Shown here one piece after another: positions 47,103 through 51,134 of a stretch of DNA of 51,134 nucleotides. The notes beneath the pieces were generated by a model that made no database searches, was not told the DNA's origin, and saw only the letters and a list, made by a program, of their open reading frames with translations. The stretch is taken from assembly GCA_036770725.1 (NCBI GenBank), contig DAIPIP010000001.1:1-51134 (forward strand), in the 5' to 3' direction. Every line of letters starts with the position of its first letter. Position 1 is the stretch's first letter. A program made the translations under genes and the position numbers. The stretch comes from Opitutaceae bacterium (GTDB lineage: Bacteria; Verrucomicrobiota; Verrucomicrobiia; Opitutales; Opitutaceae).

Positions 47103-49755
47103 ACTCCCCGGCCTCCACCCCGCCGTCGCCGCCTGGTTCGCCACTCGCTTCGGTTCCCCCACCCCCGCCCAGGCAGCAACCCTGCCCCACATCCTCGCCG
47201 GCCGCAGCGTCCTTCTCTCCTCGCCCACCGGCACCGGCAAGACCCTCGCCGCCTTTCTCGGCGTATTCGATTACCTGATACGCACCCACGAATCCCCCTC
47301 CGGCCTGCCCGCCTCCGGCATCGTTGCCATCTACGTCTCCCCGCTTCGCGCCCTCGCCTACGATCTCCAGAAAAACCTCAACGCTCCGCTCGCCGAGCTT
47401 GGCTGGTCACACATCCGCGTCGCCGCCCGCACCGGCGACACCTCCGCCAAGGACCGCGCCGCCCAAAAGAAAAAACCGCCCCACATCCTCGTCACCACCC
47501 CCGAGAGCCTCACCCTCCTGCTCTCCCAACCCGCCTGGGCCCCCGCCCTCGCCAGCGTGCGCTTCCTCCTCATCGACGAACTCCACGCCCTCGCCGAAAA
47601 CAAACGCGGCTCCCTCCTCGCCCTCGCCGCCGAACGCCTCGAATCCCGCGTGCGCCAACCCCTCATCCGCATCGGCCTCTCTGCCACCGTCTCCCCCCTC
47701 GCCGAACTCGCCCGCTTCCTCACCGGACCCGCCCGTCCCTGCGAAATCGTGGAGATTCAGCCCTCATCAACCAACCCCGCCGATCTCGCCGTCTTCTCGC
47801 CGCTCGCGAAAAACCCCTACCCCGCCGCCGGCTTCACCGCCACCCGCGTCCTCCGCGAACTCGCGGTCGAGCTCCAACGCTACCGCACCACCCTCGTCTT
47901 CACCAACACCCGCGCCGGCGCCGAATCCATCGGCATCCAACTCAAACAACTTCTCCCCACCCTCGCCGCCCAAATCGAGGTCCACCACGCCTCCCTCGAC
48001 CGCACCGTGCGCCTCGACGTCGAGGACCGCCTCAAACGCGGCGAACTCCGCGCCGTCGTCTGCTCCACCTCCCTCGAACTCGGCATCGACATCGGTTCCA
48101 TCGACCTCGTCGTCATGGTCTCCGCCCCCAAAGGCGTCGCCCGCGCCCTCCAACGCATCGGCCGCTCCGGCCACGCCCCCGGCCAGACCGCGCGAGGCCT
48201 GCTCGTAGCCACCAACATAAACGACCTCGCCGAATGCGCCGCCACCACTCGCCTCATGCGCGCTCGCGAACTGGAGCCCCTCCGTCTCCCGCAAAACCCC
48301 GCCGACGTCCTCGCCCAACACCTCGTCGGCCTCGCCGTCTTCGCCGACACCACCCCCGACGAAGCCTTCGCCCTCGTCCGCCGCGCCCACCCCTTCGCCG
48401 ATCTCCCCCGCGCCGACTTCGACCGCGTGCTCCACTACCTCCAAGGCGGCGGCCGCTCCCTCGAAAAAGCCTACTCCCACCTCTTCGGCAAAATCCTCAT
48501 CAACCCCGACGGCCATCTCGCCATCCCCTCGCCCCGCACCGCCCGCGATTTCTACCAAAACGTCGGCACCATCGCCTCCGACGCCATGATCACGGTAAAA
48601 CTCGGCGCGCGAAATCTCGGCACCGTCGAGGAGTCTTTCCTCAAAGGCCTTCGCCCCGGCGACACCTTCGTGCTCAACGCCCGCTGCGTGCGCCTCGTCT
48701 CCACCACCCTGCTCACCGCCAAGGTCAAACCCGCCGCCCCGCGCGAGCTGCCCATCATCCCGCGCTGGAACGCCAACAAAATGCCCCTCGCCAGCGGCCT
48801 CGCCGCCGAGGTCGTCCGCCTCCGCACACAAATTTCGACATTATTAAACCACGGAGAACACGGAGGGCACGGAGAGGATAAAACCGAGAAACAAAAGAAA
48901 ACTTCTTCGATTCCCTCCTCCCCCTCTTCCGACCTCTCCGTGTCCTCCGTGCCCTCCGTGGTTAAAAACTCCGACTCCGATCCCGCCTCCGCGTATCTCC
49001 AATCCCACTACGCCCTCACCGAACCCAACGCAGCCGCCCTCGTCCGCCACTTCCGTCTCCAGGCCCGCGTCTCCCGCATTCCCACCGCCGCCGCCCTCCT
49101 GGTTGAGGCCTACGCCGAATCGCACACCAACCTCCTCCACTACTTTTTCCACACCCTCATCGGTCGCTCGGCCAACGACGCCCTCTCCCGCATCGTCGCG
49201 CAACGCATCCAGCGCACCCTCGGCGGCAACGCCCTCGTCACCCTCGACGACTACGGCTTCCTTTTAACCCTCCGCCCCTTTCAGCGCCTCGCCTCCGCCG
49301 ACGCCATCCGCCCGCTCCTCGCCAGCGCCGACGCCGAGGCCGATCTCCGCGCCGCCCTCGCCGAGAGCGAACTCGTGAAATGGCAGTTCCGCGGCGTCGC
49401 CCAGGCCGGCCTCATGGTCCCCCGCCGCGTGCATGGTGCCGAACGCGGCAGCCGTTCCCTGCAATGGAGCGCCGAAATCCTCTTCGACGTGCTCAGCCGC
49501 CACGAACCCGACCACCCCTTGCTCGTCGAAGCCTACGCCGAGGCCACCACGCGTTTCCTCGATCTGCCCGCCGCCCTCGCGTTTCTCGACTCCGCCGCGT
49601 CGCTCCCCATCGACCTGCACGAAGTCGAGCGCGTGAGCCCCTTCGCCTTTGGAATGTTCGTTTCCCGAATCAAGGAAACCATGATGCTGGAAGACCCCGA
49701 GACCACCATCGAGCGCCTCTACCACGACATGTATGGTGCTCTCGCGGAGCCATAA
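47083..49755 (+). CDS. lhr: Lhr-core-type DEAD/DEAH helicase (ligase-associated)
   Basis: SPTGTGKT, SPLRAL, TTPESL, DELH, GLSAT, HHASL, SLELGID and QRIGRSGH. Confidence 0.92.
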   Translation: MPSQRHRLPGLHPAVAAWFATRFGSPTPAQAATLPHILAGRSVLLSSPTGTGKTLAAFLGVFDYLIRTHESPSGLPASGIVAIYVSPLRALAYDLQKNLNAPLAELGWSHIRVAARTGDTSAKDRAAQKKKPPHILVTTPESLTLLLSQPAWAPALASVRFLLIDELHALAENKRGSLLALAAERLESRVRQPLIRIGLSATVSPLAELARFLTGPARPCEIVEIQPSSTNPADLAVFSPLAKNPYPAAGFTATRVLRELAVELQRYRTTLVFTNTRAGAESIGIQLKQLLPTLAAQIEVHHASLDRTVRLDVEDRLKRGELRAVVCSTSLELGIDIGSIDLVVMVSAPKGVARALQRIGRSGHAPGQTARGLLVATNINDLAECAATTRLMRARELEPLRLPQNPADVLAQHLVGLAVFADTTPDEAFALVRRAHPFADLPRADFDRVLHYLQGGGRSLEKAYSHLFGKILINPDGHLAIPSPRTARDFYQNVGTIASDAMITVKLGARNLGTVEESFLKGLRPGDTFVLNARCVRLVSTTLLTAKVKPAAPRELPIIPRWNANKMPLASGLAAEVVRLRTQISTLLNHGEHGGHGEDKTEKQKKTSSIPSSPSSDLSVSSVPSVVKNSDSDPASAYLQSHYALTEPNAAALVRHFRLQARVSRIPTAAALLVEAYAESHTNLLHYFFHTLIGRSANDALSRIVAQRIQRTLGGNALVTLDDYGFLLTLRPFQRLASADAIRPLLASADAEADLRAALAESELVKWQFRGVAQAGLMVPRRVHGAERGSRSLQWSAEILFDVLSRHEPDHPLLVEAYAEATTRFLDLPAALAFLDSAASLPIDLHEVERVSPFAFGMFVSRIKETMMLEDPETTIERLYHDMYGALAEP
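48847..48963. repeat. Intragenic 117-bp element with 31-bp inverted arms made of 9-bp CACGGAGNN units
   Basis: aaccacggagaacacggagggcacggagagg ... cctctccgtgtcctccgtgccctccgtggtt (28/31 complementary); encodes NHGEHGGHGE...SVSSVPSVV. Confidence 0.9.
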
Positions 49756-49803
49756 GCGCCCCGTCTTGCCCCCGACGCCTTCATTCTCTTCCTCCTCATC
49801 CTC

Positions 49804-50475
49804 ATGGAACTCATCCTCGCCGCCATCGCCGCCCTGCTGCCGATCATCAATCCCTTCAGCACCGCGCCGCTTTTCCTCGCCATGACCGAGGGCTACACCG
49901 AGACCGAACGCGCCGACCAGGCCAAGCGCGGTGTCATCTACATGATCTGCATCCTGACCGCCTTCCTTGTCGGCGGCAGTTTCATCATGAACTTTTTCGG
50001 CCTCAGCCTGCCCGGCCTGCGCATCGCCGGCGGCATCCTCGTCGCCGGCGTCGGCATGCGCATGCTGTATCCAAAAGATAACCACGACCAGACCCCCGCC
50101 GAAGAGACGGAGGCCAAGGCCAAGCCCGACATCGCCTTCACCCCCCTCGCCATGCCCAGCCTCAGCGGCCCCGGCGCCATCTCCGTGACCATCGGCCTCA
50201 CCTCCCTCGCCACCTCCGCCTGGGATTACGTCAGCATCTTCATCGGCATCCTCCTCGTCTCCGCCATCGTCTTCGCCATCCTCCGCGCCTCGACCAAGCT
50301 CGTGCGTTTCCTCGGCGTCAACGGCCTCCACGCCATGACCAAGATCATGGGCTTCCTCATCCTCTGCGTCGGCATCCAGTTCGTCGTAAACGGCGTGCGC
50401 GGCATCGCCAGCGACCCCGAACTCCTCCGCGCCATCCAGTCCGGCCTCGCCGCTCCCGCCACGCCCGCCGAGTAA
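49804..50475 (+). CDS. marC: MarC family membrane protein
   Basis: INPF...P.F, GL.L..LRIAGG, PLAMP...GPGAI and TKIMGF.....G.Q. Confidence 0.9.
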   Translation: MELILAAIAALLPIINPFSTAPLFLAMTEGYTETERADQAKRGVIYMICILTAFLVGGSFIMNFFGLSLPGLRIAGGILVAGVGMRMLYPKDNHDQTPAEETEAKAKPDIAFTPLAMPSLSGPGAISVTIGLTSLATSAWDYVSIFIGILLVSAIVFAILRASTKLVRFLGVNGLHAMTKIMGFLILCVGIQFVVNGVRGIASDPELLRAIQSGLAAPATPAE

Positions 50476-50490
50476 ACCAGCCCTCGCGCC

Positions 50491-51129
50491 GTGGTCACCG
50501 CCCGCCCGCTTCCCGACGTCCTGCTCGATTCCCGACGCGCCATCCTCCTGGAAACCACGCGCACCCTCGTCGTCGCCGATCTCCACTGGGGCTACGCCGA
50601 GAGTCACCGCGCCACCGGCAACCTGCTCCCCGCCTGGGGCGACGACCAAATCGAAGCGACTCTCCGCGCCCTCATCGCCGACCACGCCCCCGCCGAGCTC
50701 GTCTGGCTCGGCGACTCTCTCCACACCGCCCGCTCCGCTCCGCAGGCCCGCGCCCGCGCCGAGGCCTTCATCGCCGCCTCGCCCGTCCCTGTCCACGTTG
50801 TCGCCGGCAACCACGACGCGCGCTGGCCCCTCGCCCGCCCCGAACCGCTCGTCCGCGACCGCTTCATTCTTCATCACGGCGACCGCGTAGTGGAAAATCC
50901 TTACAACCACATCGAGATTATCGGCCACCACCACCCGGCCTACATCCACCGCGACGGCGCGGGCGCGCGTTTAAAACTCCCCGCCCTCGTGCAGTCCCCC
51001 GCCCGCCTCATCCTCCCCGCCTTCAGCCCCTGGGCCGCCGGCGTCGCCTGGAACGACCGCCTCGCCCCCGACGACACCCTCTGGGCCATCTCCCCACGCC
51101 GGCTTCTGCCGATCCGACGCACGGGTTAA
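50491..51129 (+). CDS. Ligase-associated metallophosphoesterase/endonuclease (PdeM/MPE-like)
   Basis: ADLH.G, LGD.LH, GNHD, HGD, GHHHP and LPAFS. Confidence 0.88.
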   Translation: MVTARPLPDVLLDSRRAILLETTRTLVVADLHWGYAESHRATGNLLPAWGDDQIEATLRALIADHAPAELVWLGDSLHTARSAPQARARAEAFIAASPVPVHVVAGNHDARWPLARPEPLVRDRFILHHGDRVVENPYNHIEIIGHHHPAYIHRDGAGARLKLPALVQSPARLILPAFSPWAAGVAWNDRLAPDDTLWAISPRRLLPIRRTG

Positions 51130-51134
51130 ATATT

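Overview
High-GC bacterial chromosomal segment. The PEP-CTERM gene, the XylR-type sugar locus and the gene content suggest Verrucomicrobiota, probably Opitutaceae (inference). Most of it is housekeeping: parA, ABC-2 permeases, rnc, ECF sigma/anti-sigma, tRNA-Lys, pal-like OmpA, trhO, a hybrid kinase, peptidases, an RND pump, dinG, clpS, proS, argA, uvrA and a ligase-associated DNA-repair operon (exonuclease-ligase fusion, Lhr-core helicase, marC, PdeM). Unusual points: (1) a compositionally distinct insert after parA encoding a ~560-aa nitrilase-fold protein, broken by one TAA and one 1-nt frameshift, plus a small partner ORF; (2) three unrelated palindromic or tandem repeat elements sitting in frame inside the ligase and helicase genes; (3) a decaying sugar locus with a frameshifted, N-terminally short GH67 and a PEP-CTERM gene with an in-frame amber codon; (4) two REP-doublet families and 7-bp tandem arrays; (5) a 42-aa Lys-rich small ORF. 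All calls come from reading motifs by eye; no database searches were run.
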